NCBI GenBank assembly: GCA_001179505.1
Contig: CDMY01000502.1
Coordinates: 1 to 63,549 of the forward strand
Direction: 5' to 3'
Source of the DNA: Vitrella brassicaformis CCMP3155
Taxonomy: Eukaryota; Protista; Chromerida
DNA: 63,549 nucleotides
The translations under genes were made by a program, and so were the position numbers. Positions within the stretch are counted from its first letter, which is position 1. Every line of letters begins with the position of its first letter. Of this stretch, positions 22,590 through 35,178 are shown piece by piece. The notes beneath the pieces are model-generated. The model was not told where the DNA came from and searched no databases. It saw only the letters and a program-made list of their open reading frames with translations.

Positions 22590-23467
22590 ATGGAGGGCTT
22601 TGACCAGAAACGCTATCGCGGCGGCGGCACGGCGGGTGGCGGCAAGAAGGGCGGATACGGAGGACTCACATACGTCAAGCAAGGTGAGAGGACAGCAAGC
22701 ATGACGCTCATGAGACCGAAGACAGTTCACTCGTCTGTCTGCTTGTCTGGTTCTCTGTGTGTCTGCAGTTCCCAAATTCCTGCAGAAGTACTATGACCAG
22801 CACCCAGAGCTTGCCGTGAGCGAGAAGCATCAGAAGACCGTCTCACAGAGGACGCCAAATGAGTCGCGCGAGGAGGAAATGGCGCACATGCTCAAGGTAC
22901 CGCTGACGCGCCAGGCTGCAACCGGATGCTGTGGAGGACACTGGCCAGATGGTCCCGCCTCTTTGTGTGTGTCAGGATCTCGAGTCGGCCCAGATTGTCG
23001 ACAGCAGCGTCACCCTCGACGACCTCAAGAAGCAGCACGCCCTGCAGTCACACAAGGACGCACGAGCCCACCAGACATGCGACGTCAAGTCACTCGAGGC
23101 CGAGGGCAAGTTCGTCTTCAAGAAACCAACCGCCGCCAGCTCGCGACCAGACAAGGACCACCATCCGTCAGCGCGCCGAGGGAGGGCAGAGAGGGATCAT
23201 CCGTCGTCGCGCGGCGGCAGAAGTGAGGAGCCGTCAAGGCACCGCGGTCGGAGCCGAAGTCGGAGCCGCAGCAGAGAGCGGTTCAGGGAGACCTCGCGCG
23301 AGCGAGACGACCGTAGATGGAGGGAAGACAGTGAGAGGGAGAGGGGTAGGGGGGATGACGACAGGGGGCGGTCGGGGAGGGGTAGGGTAGATAAGGACAG
23401 AGCCAGCGAGGCGAAGGAGGGGAGGAAGGGGGCAGCGAAGAATCTGCTGTCTTTTGATGACGACTAG
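22590..23467 (+). CDS. DUF4604 / KIAA1143-like small basic protein
   Basis: It has N-terminal GLTYVKQ|VPKFLQ, central GKFVFKKP, an RS/RE-rich stretch and C-terminal KNLLSFDDD*. Confidence 0.7.
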
Positions 23468-24367
23468 ACAGTCGCGACAGCCGTGCTGTGTGTGAATGCC
23501 ACGCTGCGTTCCACCTGAGGACATTGATGTCTCTTCCGAGTGGGAGTGCGGTCGCAGCTACCGACGTAATGGCACCGCTTTGCCGCGCGGGCGGGATGTT
23601 GATGTCCTCGATGAAGAGCGCATCCATGTATGCTCGATGGATGAATGGACTATGGAGAGAGGCATGTGGGTGGATGGAGAGATGTGGTGGTGTTGTGAAA
23701 ACATGCTGGATTGATGTATGTTGTCGTTCGGTGACGACGAGTCAGCTGCATGGAAGGGTGTTGTGGGCAGCTGCTGTGACACTGATGCTGTTGACTTGAC
23801 CAATGATGCAAGAGTGAGAGTTCCGTTCCACACGTGTGTTGACATATGATGCTGCTGGTCCGTCCGTCGTCCAGCCATGGCCGCAGTGTGTGGTGCACTC
23901 ACCGGCACACCCAGCAGCACCCAGCAGACACACCAGTGTGCCAGTCGCCACATGTGCCATGTGCCTGCCTGTTTGTTTGGGGCATCTATAGCAAAACCGG
24001 TGCTGTGTTGCACTGGGGGGATGAAGCTGTCAAAATCTTGAGACGTACAAAACCATTGATCGACACGTCCTTGACAAAACAAGCCGGTCCACGGACCCGC
24101 GGCATTATGCACAAACGACGACACGGAGGCAGGCAGGAGACAGAAGGCCGAGTCACAAGGCAGCATGGACAGCGGAGTTTCCTCCTCCTCCCGCACCACA
24201 AAAAAAGCAGCTTTTCTTATACAGTAGACATGGGTAATGCTGTCGCTCTGAGGTATGAGCGACAGCAACACCCACGTAACGTCAACCGAATGGCAAAGCT
24301 GCTAAGCTCAGCTGCTCAAGGGCAGAGAAGGGAGAGACGAGGGCCACTCACCCACCCACCCACCCAC

Positions 24368-25400
24368 TCACTGTACACAGAGCACCTCCACCTCGTCAGC
24401 CACGAAGTCAAATGTGCCTCCCAGGTAGACACTCCCGCGCCCATCCCTCACCCCCTGGTACCCCTCGGGCACCCACTGGGGCACAGTCAGCTGGCTGCAC
24501 CGACGGATGTCGGCAGCAGGGCCACCGCCACTGCCACTGCTGCCGCAGCCCAGCCATAGGTGGCCACCGATCCGCACACTCGCACCACTGGCAGCCCCCT
24601 CCCTCCCCGCCACCACCAGCAGCTGCCACTGGGGTGATATGTCGATCTTGGTCGGCCTCTTGAAGTGGCCGGCCAGTGAGAACCACCAGACGTCACAGCG
24701 GTAGTAGTGGTAGCTGTCTGTCGGGTCGTCGGGCGGCTGGAGGCCGCCACTGATGCAGCAGCCGAACACATACGTCTTCTTGCGGATGACGAACACCAGG
24801 CCCCTCCTGTCGCCCACACAATGGAGCAGATGGCCGTACGTCGAGCCATGCGAAGAGGCCCTGCACCACACACAGACGGACACGCGGACAGTGATGTCCT
24901 CAGATGCGTGTGTGTGTCTGGAAAGCTGTGTACCTGTAGATGAGTGTGAGTGTGATATCGCCGCCCAGCCACTGGGCGACGTGCGTCACATACGAGAGGC
25001 CGATGGAGCTGCCGCCCTTGGCCCAGGCACGCGCAGCACTGACAGACACACCAACACAGAGAGAAAGATCTTCACACCCACCCGTACATCAATCTCTCGC
25101 GCCTTTGGCTGCAGGTAAGTGTATCCTTTACCTGCATATCCCGCAGACACCGTCGTCGCGAAGGCTGGCGGGCTGGCGATCCATCAGCCGCCGGACACAC
25201 TGACCGGACGGACACACATGAGTGGCGTGATGCCCTGGCGGTGTCGCACTCACCTTGGCACAGTACGAGTGACGCTTTCGTGTGCTGCAAATGCTGCAGG
25301 ACGGCGGCAGGGGCTCGGGAAGGCCACGTCTGATGCTTCGGGCCATGTTCAGCATGCACCTGCCATGGAATTCGGCATCTGACCCACACACGCACAAGCA
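24368..25400 (-). CDS. TLDc-domain protein with an N-terminal RING-like zinc finger (5' end unresolved)
   Basis: Spliced CSIC...HSYCAK|CVRRL...CGIC|SQRRERLMYG|AARAW...LTLIYR|ASSHGSTYGHLLHCVGDRRGLVFVIRKKTYVFGCCIS...WWFSL...HLWLG...YLGGTFDFVADEVEVLCVQ* is a complete TLDc domain. Confidence 0.8.
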
Positions 25401-25816
25401 AGCACACAACCACACACACCTCACAGATGAGTTGTGTGTTCATTCCGCCTTCAGCCACCGCATGGTTTGCCTCCACTGCCCCGCGGTACGGCTGCAGGTG
25501 AGGAGGCCGCCACCGTTGTCGTCATCAGAGATATGCAAGATGCCCGTGACTCATCGCCATGGAAGGCTGTTCGGGCAAAGTCTCGGGCAAAGTCGCAAAG
25601 TCAAGTCGACATTCAGGGTTTCACTGCAGGGTTTCGATCTGCTGGGTTTGAGGCCAACGTCGCCGATGTCGGCAGCCCGCCGAATGCATGGACAACCCCA
25701 AGTCACAGCAGCACAACACAGCCAGTCAGCAGCCCCTAACTCGTAGGACTCACAGACAGAAAACACACCATCTCATTCATTAATTAGCTAGGACAGTCCC
25801 TCCCTCCAAGCTGATC

Positions 25817-28800
25817 TCAGTACAGGCCATCTGCCCTCCGCCCGTTGCTTGCGTCGCCGCCATTCTGACACACACATACACACACACTGTCTAGATCGTG
25901 TGACGCGTGGCGTGGTCTGGTTGTGGTGACCTGGTTGTATTTGCGTGTGGTGGTGGTGTGGTGGTCATGTGCGGCGTTGAACTCCTCCTCTTCCTCGTCA
26001 GAGTCGCCAGACATCTCTATCTGACGCATCGCAGCCTAAACACACACACACACACAGACGACAGACAGACGGACAGACAGACAGACACACACAGAGAGAG
26101 AGAGAGAGAACGATGTGTGATCTGGTAGCGCTGTGACTGCCTGTCTGTCTGTCTGTCTGTGTGTATACCTTGAGTTTGGGGTCGGTTTCCTCCTCCATTT
26201 CCTCCTCGTCGTACTCGTCCTCATCGCTGATGTACATACATCAGCAACACACATACGCACGGCAGCAATCGATGCACATGAGCATTGGAGTGTGAACCAC
26301 CCGCCNNNNNNNNNNNNNNNNNNNNNNNNNNNNNNNNNNNNNNNNNNNNNNNNNNNNNNNNNNNNNNNNNNNNNNNNNNNNNNNNNNNNNNNNNNNNNNN
26401 NNNNNNNNNNNNNNNNNNNNNNNNNNNNNNNNNNNNNNNNNNNNNNNNNNNNNNNNNNNNNNNNNNNNNNNNNNNNNNNNNNNNNNNNNNNNNNNNNNNN
26501 NNNNNNNNNNNNNNNNNNNNNNNNNNNNNNNNNNNNNNNNNNNNNNNNNNNNNNNNNNNNNNNNNNNNNNNNNNNNNNNNNNNNNNNNNNNNNNNNNNNN
26601 NNNNNCCCCCCAGGCACCCGTAAAGGTCCCTCATGATCTCCCGCGCCTCCTCTTCCACTTCCCGGTGGTGGCCAGCTGACCACAACACACAAACACACAC
26701 ACACAAATACAAGGGGGTGCTATGTGCAGGCGTGTGTGTGAGTGCGGGTCGGTCGCGTGCCTGTAGCGTCAATGGCGGGCACGTAGAAGGCCGCCAGGGC
26801 ATACAGGTAGAAGTTCAGCAAGGCCTGTACCGCCATGAACTGAAAGGCTGACACACAAAGGTCCATAACAAATGATTTGATATGCTTGGGCGTTTGTGCG
26901 TGCGTGCGTGTGTGCGCTCTGCGCATAGCCCACTTGTCCTCGGAACTGGTCCAGCGCTGCCGGTGAGTGCGGCGATGAAGAGGGCGATGATGTTCACAAG
27001 GTGGAGGAAATACAGCAGCTTGAATCGATACTGCAGCAACCTGCACAAACAAACAAACACACACACACACACCGTCTCCACACGCATCCACACGCACAGC
27101 AGCCGTGTTGTGTTGACTTGATTTCGGTGAATGCCCTGATTGCGAGGAAGAGCAGCCAGATGACGTACACGCCTCCGGAGAGAAGGAGCCAGAGCTGGAA
27201 GGGCCAGAGGGCGACAATGTCCTCGCGGAAGAGGTGGAAGGGGTGGTTGGTCTCCTGCCACGCCGTGTACAGAAAGTACACCGACGACGCCACCCAGATG
27301 TTCGCTGATCCATCCATCCATCCATCCGACAACAGCACAGAATAGCGCTGGGTGGGTGGTCGGCTGGGTCTGTCCTTATCTGACCGGCAAAGCACAGCTT
27401 GAGGCACATGCGTCCCCTTGGCTTGGCCTCTGATGCGATGCCCTCCAACACCACCAGCCAAAACACCAGCAACGCACAGAAGAACGTCACCTGGCAGAGA
27501 TGCACACCGAGAACCGTACCACGCGCACACGGGGGTGGGGTGTCTGGATGTGTTGTGGCTCAGAAAGCTTTTCTCACCCGCAGGAATATTCCGATTCGCA
27601 TGAAGAGCTGTGACTCGAGCACAAAGACCAAGATGAAGGTCGGATCGTTGAACCCCATCAGACACTCACAAACCAAACGACACACACACACACAAGAGAC
27701 GCTGGCTTCCAGGTTTATTGCGGTCCTCCCTCCCCTCGATGTGTGTGTGTGGCGTCATACGAATAAGAGGAAGACCACCCAGCGCTGCTCGACATTCCAG
27801 TGAACCACAGGCAGCTCATTCATCTGCACACGTGGACGACAGCCATCAATCTGTCTGTCCGTGTGTGTGTGTGTATCTGTCTGTCTGTCCACCACCGACC
27901 CGACCTGCAGCAGGAAGACCAGGAGTGCGAGTCCCGTGATGCAGAGGAAGATGACCTTGCACACGGCCTCGTACACGGCAAAGTAGCCGTTCTTCAACAC
28001 CAGGTCAAACACGACGTCGCCGACCCAATCCAGCTCCTGCATCCAGACAGCTCGGTGGCCGGAATGATGCCCCATGCTTAGTTGCTCCCCTACCTGTGTG
28101 GTGTTGACGAGTCTGAAAGTGATGTTGAATGAGCTGTACTCGGACTGGTGCGTGTTCAGCACGACGATCGGCTCACACTGGGGGGGACACAGATGGACAC
28201 ACACAACAGTCAAGTACGCACAGAATTGCATTTGGCCTGGCCGGGCCCTCCCGCTTCTTTGCCTGCCTACCGTACCAGTTGCTTGTGGTCAAAGCAAACC
28301 ACCCTCTCAACCTGAAGACGATCACCACCACAAAGGGCAGCAGCAGCAGCAGCAGCGTGACATCCCTTGACAGCCACACACTAGACAGACTGTGTTCTCA
28401 CCTTCTGGCCGATCAAGTGGTATGGCTCCAGTGGCGGGCCCTCTGTCGCATTGCTCCCGCCCTCCTTGAGCGGGTCTGACGGCACCGGGGCCTCCAGCGG
28501 CGGCAGACCTGCATCGCGCATCCCACCCACCCACACCAATGACACACGGACCGCCCAAGCAATCGCCAACGGAGCTCTGCCGACTCACCCTGTCCAATGT
28601 CATTGTCAGTGTCGGTGTCATTGCTGTTGTTCTGCTCATCGCTATCTGCAGGTGGAGCCATCCGCCGTCTCCGCCCTCTCCGCCTCCAGAGGTGGTGGTG
28701 GTCGGGCGTATCGAGGGCTCTCCGCCCCCTGCTCCTCCTTCTTCGTCGTCTTGTCTTGTGCGGCCCTGCGCGTGTGGTGGCTGGGGGCGGGATGCGCCTG

Positions 28801-29863
28801 GGTTTGGGCCTGATCAAACCCAACTTGCACACGTAACCGATCTGAAAGCAGACAACACGCACACGAGAGAGAGAGAGAGAGAGAGATCGTATTGGGGGTG
28901 TGATGTGCCAAATCTGGTCTCTCCGTCCCAGCCCAGCCCACCTACCTTGTGGCAGTGCACATTCTCCTTAGCGCAGCTGATGTGGCTGACCGACTCAACC
29001 AACGACGGCAAACTCTCGCTCTACACACACATACACATACACACGCACACAAGCATGGGGAAAGTAAACCCAGGAACAGCAACCCAACAGATACGCACTG
29101 ATCGACGCTCACGTTGATAGAGGGGAACAGCCTTGTCCGGCGCCTCACGGCCGACGGCAGGGCGTCAACCACACCATTATCGGCATCAGCATGGTCGCCG
29201 TCAGCAGTGGCATTGCTGCTGCTCTTTGTGAAGGGGGCAGGGTTGGGGTCAGGGAGTAGCAGCAGCTGTCTTGCTCTCCTCCTGCGTCTGTGGTGGTGCT
29301 TGTCGGTGAGTCTTGCGGTGAGGTAGAAGAGGTGGTCGTACTTGTGGGTGAAGTGGAGATTCAGAAACCACACCGACTCGGGCCGCGTCAGATCCACGCC
29401 CTGACCACCACACGCGCACACCGACGGGCGCACGCACACACATTGTGGCTGTCTGTCTGGGCGGTGGGCAATGTTTGTGTGAATGAATGAGTGAGTGGCT
29501 TGCCTGGCATTTGTCGGGGTCGAACTCCTTGGCCTTGTGCGCCCCGCACTGCCACGCCGAGTAGGTGTGCGTCTCCATCACACTCGGCCCGAACAGAGCC
29601 AGCAACAGCACCGACGCGTACACTGCAGCACAATGAGAGAAGGACGTTTCAGAGATGCATGGCATGGCATCGCTGGACGCTTGCAAATCTACCTGTGATC
29701 CATGCACACAAGATGCTGCCAATGTCCCTCTTTGTCAGCGTGTCGAGCTTGATGGCGAATTGTCTGAACAAACGGCGCGTGCAGGACAACGAACGCGTAC
29801 ACGCGGCTCCATTGATCTTTGTGCTGAAAGTGTGTGTGCTGACCTATCGAGAATGCCTTCCAT
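25817..29863 (-). CDS. TMEM181: TMEM181 (GPR178/Wntless-like) multipass membrane protein, spanning a gap
   Basis: MEGILDR|QFAIKLDTLTKRD, LLALFGPSVMET, WNVEQRWVVFLL, FNDP, FFCALLVFWLVVLEGI, GVYVIWLLFLAIRAFTEIK, RFKLLYF and ALLNFYLYALAAFYVP match TMEM181 motifs in order. The acidic C-terminal exons lie beyond the gap. Confidence 0.88.
26306..26605. other. Assembly gap (300 N)
   Basis: Run of exactly 300 N. Confidence 0.99.
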
Positions 29864-29971
29864 CGTCCCATGAGGGGCTCACTGCCGACAGACGGTCAAA
29901 GATACCACTGATTTGACAGTAGATCTGCCTGCCTCACTCACAAGGGAGGATCTCAGGCGCCACTTGTGAAC

Positions 29972-29994
29972 TGCGAGCTTAGCTTTGGCGAGCT
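29972..29994 (+). promoter_or_regulatory. TGCGAGCT (29972-79) plus a GGCGAGCT variant in the divergent region between TMEM181 and the ATG at 30081
   Basis: Sequence TGCGAGCTTAGCTTTGGCGAGCT. The exact motif is 101 bp before the ATG at 30081. Confidence 0.5.
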
Positions 29995-30080
29995 TGGAGC
30001 CAAACGCAGTGAATCGAACCACCACCACCATGCAATGTCTTTTGCGGAGGAACCAATCCAAAGACGTGCAGCAAGGCGAG

Positions 30081-30130
30081 ATGGCCGACAACGACCAGAT
30101 CTTGGCGCTTTTTAAGTCGATTGGCCTGCC
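30081..30130 (+). pseudogene. Orphan first exon resembling the N-terminus of eukaryotic glutaminyl-tRNA synthetase
   Basis: MADNDQILALFKSIGL resembles the GlnRS N-terminal helix (L.LF..(I/L)GL). No downstream GlnRS exons could be found. Confidence 0.25.
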
Positions 30131-31582
30131 CTGGGCTCTCGTGGCATCACAAGCCAGGCTTGTGTGGCATCTTATGCATGCGGCATCGTTTTCGGCTGGC
30201 TGCATGCATCATTTGCTTGCTGTCCAGGTTGGTACCAGCCGACCTCCGCTGCGCCGCCTGCCAGCATCGCATCCTTGTGAACCGATGGCGTCCATGACGC
30301 GGGCTCTGATGGTGACGGTGGGGATGAGGGTGCAGCAGGAGCACCGAGGTCATGGAAAATCTCATGCCCATGGCCGTTGAAGAAATACAAACACGTAGGC
30401 ACGTATAGATCGACGAGAGGGTGAATGGTCGGTGTGGTCGGTGTGGTGTGTGGACAACTGGACCACCTGGCTATCGTTGAAGGTCCACCCTGAGACCATC
30501 CCCTTTGCAGAAGACAGATACGACTCGAGTGAGCCACACCAAAAATGAGGCAACGCACACTCACATTCCCCTGTGAAATCTCTGCTTGTGTGTGTGTGAT
30601 AGGGAGGAGTGTTGGATCGGCGACGACGCTCAACTACGCCCTGAAGGAGCCTGGCTCAACATACGACAGTCTACTGACTTACATAATGCCAACCGGCCAC
30701 TCAAGGCTATCCACTGGTCAGAACGGTCGGCCGAATTGGGATAGGGAGGAGGGCATCCCATGGATGTCGCTACAGACAGCTGCAAGCGAGGTTTCGTGCA
30801 GGCAGGCAGGCAGGCAGCGTGTGTGTCGTCTTGTACATATCTTTATATGCATCTGGGGGTGCCTTATATGTGTTGTCTAGGTAGGTAGGTATGCAGCCAT
30901 CTTAAGGGAACGCAAGTATGTGTATGAGTGGGTGGGTTTGTGGGTGCATTTGTGCATCGTGCACGTGGGACGCACGCATTAAATCATCTCAATGGTGCGT
31001 CCGAATACACACACGCAACACCAACAACCACCCACCAGTCGTGCAACCAGTAGCTCGACTCGACGCATTCACCAACACGCCCCTTTCGCTGTGCTGTCCA
31101 TGTGTCTGTCGCCATGCCTACATCATGAAACCTAGCTCAGCTGATAAACGCACAGATGCACTCACGCACGGACACAAGCATACAAGGCCGTGCATGCAGA
31201 TGGACACCTACTGAACTCTAGCATGACGCAAAAGCCACACCACCCCTCCCATGACATATTCTAGGATGTCTACATATGTCTACATGTCGCTCGCTCTTTG
31301 ACGCACTGCACGCCGCCACACGCTCGGGGCGCCTGCCCGCCTCGGGGCAGCAGAGAGCCCAGGCAGCCATGCAGAGAGCCGAAGAGCAACACAAGGAACG
31401 CATCCTTGAGGCATGAGATGTCACCTCAGGACGATATGGGTAGAGGGGGAGCCCTCCCCCATCATTGCATGCAGCGTGTATGCAACAGGCAGCGGAAGGG
31501 AAGCATCAAGCATCAATAAACCAACTTCACGCCCCCCAACATGCAGACAGAGGACGCGTCCATGAGTGTGTCCGCCACATCC

Positions 31583-34500
31583 CTACGCCGCCTGGCTCGC
31601 CTTCTCTTTCTTCTCCTTCTTCCCTCCCCCTCCCCGCCCCCCTCCCTCCCCGTCCCCACTTTTGGTCGCCGGGCGGGTCATCTCTAGGGTGACGCCGTCC
31701 ACCACCGACACAGCAAACTTGCCCTGGGCCATGTCACGCAAAATGCGCGGAAAAGAAAACCGTGGCCTCACACGCAGCACCAGCACCACTCGCTGCAGCA
31801 AAGGGAAGCTGTCGAGTGCCATGCCGACCCTCTGTGCCAGCGTGCGGCACATGGTCCTGGCCTCGGCGGCCGAGAGGCCCTGGACCGTCCGGCCATATCT
31901 GAGTGTGGTCAACTCTATCTGCAGTGTCCTGACTCGCCTCTCCATCACCTGTCTGCCCCGATCCCCCACACCGTACATACGCCACTCAACGCGCTTTTCC
32001 CCCTGGCCGGCGGCCAGATCGACACGCCACCCCACCACCACACGCAGAGGGCTGCCTTTGACAGAGAGCAGCGAGACTGGCTCAGGCACCAGGAAGAGGC
32101 TAGTAGTGGGGGCGGCAAGGGCCCTCAAGTTGAAGGTGACGGACGACAGTGAAGGCAGCTTTCCCAGCACTGTGTCCGCCCCTCCCAGGTAGAAGAACAT
32201 CTGCCCATCCCCCTGCTCAGCCACGACCGTCTCGACGTTAGGGAAGAGCGCGGCGGGGTTGGCCGTGATGTACGAGGGGAGGTAGTTCCAGGGGGCGTTG
32301 ACGGCGCCGGCGATCGTCAGCTTGGTGGCACTCCCGCACACCAGCGAGCTGAGCTGCTGCTGGTGCGGCTGGAGTGTGTTGGCCCACGGGAGTACCGTCA
32401 CTGAGGCTGCCTGTGCAAAAGCAGCTTGATGGTGGGGAGGCATAAGGGCAGCTCGGTGGGGTCGCCGGCGAAGGGCAGCCGCACGGACAGGCCCTTCTTG
32501 GCTAGGTCGACCGGCCTCTGGATGTCCAGGGCGCCCCAGTACACCTCGGTGGCACCCGGGGCCAGGCAGGTGGCCCTGAACCGATCGAGCGCCTGAAGAA
32601 TGAACAAAGAAGCAAAGCGGACAAGAGGCTGTTGTGTGGGTGGGTGGGAAACTAGCTAGCAGTGGGTCAGACGTCCTTTCTTGTTTGTTACCCCACCTTG
32701 ATGAATGAAACGGAGCGCACGTCGTCGTCGCCGAGCTCGGCGAGGCACATCTCGATCTTCTGCAGGCGGCCGCTGCCGGTGGGTGAGCGGAACAGGTTGA
32801 TGAAGGCGTCCAGGTTCACCCCTTGAAACCGACCACGACCCGTCAGCGAACGGAGAGTCTTGGCTGCAGACAAAAGGGAAGCAGTGTATCTGTTGTGTTG
32901 TGTCTGTTGTCCGTTCTGTCTGTGGCCGCGGCTTTCTGACCTGATGCAGTGAACATGAGGGAGTCGACAATGTCTATCAGGTTGACGTCAGAGCGGCAGC
33001 CCAGCTCACGCTGCAGCCATGCCATGCGGCCAGGCAGGTGCACCGAGGTGCTGTGTTGCGTATGGTGTGCATGTCTAAGTGAGTGTGGATAGGCGCTGAC
33101 CTCGAACGGAATGTGGAGGGATCGGAGGCCGTTCCTGGCGCGACTGATGAACGACCGAGGGCCAGACGCCGTCAGATCCACCACATCCTGTGTCAACGAT
33201 GCGCAAACATGGCAGACAGACAGTGCGCGACCCACAGGTGCACTCACTAATGTGATGTGATGCGACCTACCAGTGCTGTCAGTGCCGGCAGCTGCATGTT
33301 TCTGTCAGCCGCCATGTTGCTCCACCCGCCACGCACAACCGCCGTTGCCAGAAGGGGGTACTCCACCGGAAACTGGCAACAGCACACGTCGACATACACA
33401 CCCTTTTCCCGCCCCACTCCGCTGCGTACCCGGTTGTGTGGCATCTTCATGTGGTGTCTGCCGCGCAGGATCCGGCCGCCCTCCTGGTGGCCGTTGGCAT
33501 AGCCCCGCAAGTCCACCCTACGAAAAGATGGCGCCACTGCCTCCAGCAGCCGCACCAACGCCACAGTCGGACGGTGATCAACCTTCAACTCACGGCACTC
33601 CAACAGCCGACCTGAAAGGCGCGCACGCAGACACGCACACAAACACGCACACAAGGGCAGCAGAGTCACGGCAATGACAAGGGGAGTAAGACAAGCTCCT
33701 CCCTCCCTCCCTCCCTCCCTCCTTGTTTCCCGCCTACCGTGCCAGGTCTTGGCGACTTTCTCACGTGGCGGCATGCTGATGTGGGCGATTGGGTGCATGC
33801 TGCTGTTTGTGGTGAGATGGTGAAAGTAGGTGCTGACGCACGAGAGGGACTCAATGGACGACGGGAAACCCAGATGACCGCCTAAGAAGGTCAAACCAGA
33901 CCGGTGAAAGGAATGTGAACGGTGAAAGGAATGTGGTCAGTTGCTCGTCTCCCCGTACCGATGCCGATGCGGTGGTCGTCGCTCAGCCAGAGAGCCTCCG
34001 GCAGTCCCTCCAGACACGCACAGTAACCCTGTCACACACATACACACACACATACAGACAACAATATGGGGACCTGACACGCAGCGGCGTGGATGTGTGT
34101 GTGGGTTACCCCCTCGTCGTTGAGTTTGTGCATCTTCCCCTCCAGTATGTCGAATTTCTTGTTGGCCTGCTCGAGCTGCTCCATCGCCGACTCGGCATTG
34201 TCGATCTGCCTGTGGGCGTCCTGTAGCACCATCGACCCCATGACACGGTAGTGACGATCCAGCTCCTGATTCAAAGGCAAAGAGGCAAACTTGGCAGAGG
34301 GATGGGCTGTGTAGGCAGGTGGGCAGGTACCTGCGTACGCTGCTGCTGTAGGTCTGTGTCGGGCGGCGGGAGATTCTCCCTCATCTCGTACACGTGTTTG
34401 GCCTGAAGATCGATCACAACACCAACCACATTCACACCCACACCTACACCGCTTCAAACGGTCTGCCTATACGGCCTTTGGTCATCTCACTCCCTCACTG

Positions 34501-35150
34501 ACCCGCTGTTTGGTCTGTTGAAGTCTTTGCATGAGTGTCTGCAGCTTCTCGCCCATCGTGTCGAGAGTCGATAGCACAGTATCTGGACACACATCTGCTA
34601 CATCCTGCAGACACAAGCACATACCAGAGAGAGGCAACACAACAGCAGAAAGGAATTGCATTGCGTCCATCGATCGCATCACCAACTATCCCCTTCCTCT
34701 TGCAAGGTGTACCTGCATCTCAACGTCGGCTTGCTCATCTACAGCTCCCTCCACTTCGTCACCCTCCGCATCTTCCTCTCCCTCGTCACTATCGGCTGCT
34801 GGTGCTGCTGCCTCCAAATTGGCTGCCACGCCCGTGCGTGTGCCATCCTTGTGGTTCCTGTCCTTGCCCGCACCACGCCGCCCCTTCCCACTCCTCGCCG
34901 CGCGACGGTCCTCCCAGTCCGACCACCCCGATGAGCTGCTGCTGTCTTCCTCCATGGCCTCCTCATTCTCTGACTCTTCCTGCCGCTCGTCAGCCATCTC
35001 ATCCTCGCGCCCCTGCTGACTGTCCTCGTCGTGTTCATCTGTGGTTTTGCGCTTGTGCTTCTTCGGTCGGGGGCGGACAACAGAAGCAGAGGCCGCCTCG
35101 GCTGCCACGGCAGCTTTGCGTTTGGGGGGACGCCTGTCCATCATCGCCAC
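31583..35150 (-). CDS. Acidic/basic N-terminus + coiled coil + F-box-like motif + LRR-like C-terminus; one apparent frameshift
   Basis: Exons splice in frame: MAMMDRRPPKRK...VEMQ|DVADV...|AKHVYEM...|ELDRHY...NDEG|GYCACLEGLPEALWLSDDHRIGI|GGHLGFPSSIESLSCVSTYFHHL...|GRLLECRELKVDHRP... The reading frame shifts at ~32420 (LPTIKL / FAQAASVTVLP). Confidence 0.7.
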
Positions 35151-35178
35151 ATTACTCGACTCACGCGGCTCAGCGCGG

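Noticed and set aside
23500-24340. Overlapping 237-aa ORFs on both strands
   Set aside because: No motif, no consistent exon structure and a microsatellite-like composition. Treated as intergenic or UTR.
981-26605. Three gaps of identical length (300 N)
   Set aside because: This is a scaffolding placeholder, not biology. True gap sizes are unknown.
29824-29843. Apparent 20-nt micro-intron at the TMEM181 start
   Set aside because: A normal ~78-nt intron from the same donor to TTTGTTCAG gives the in-frame MEGILDR|QFAIKLDTLTKRD and is more parsimonious.
30175-30215. TGCATGCA-type (ApiAP2) motifs
   Set aside because: They are frequent in introns and repeat-like DNA across the window (for example 6747, 31467, 41663, 52271) with no positional bias to starts.
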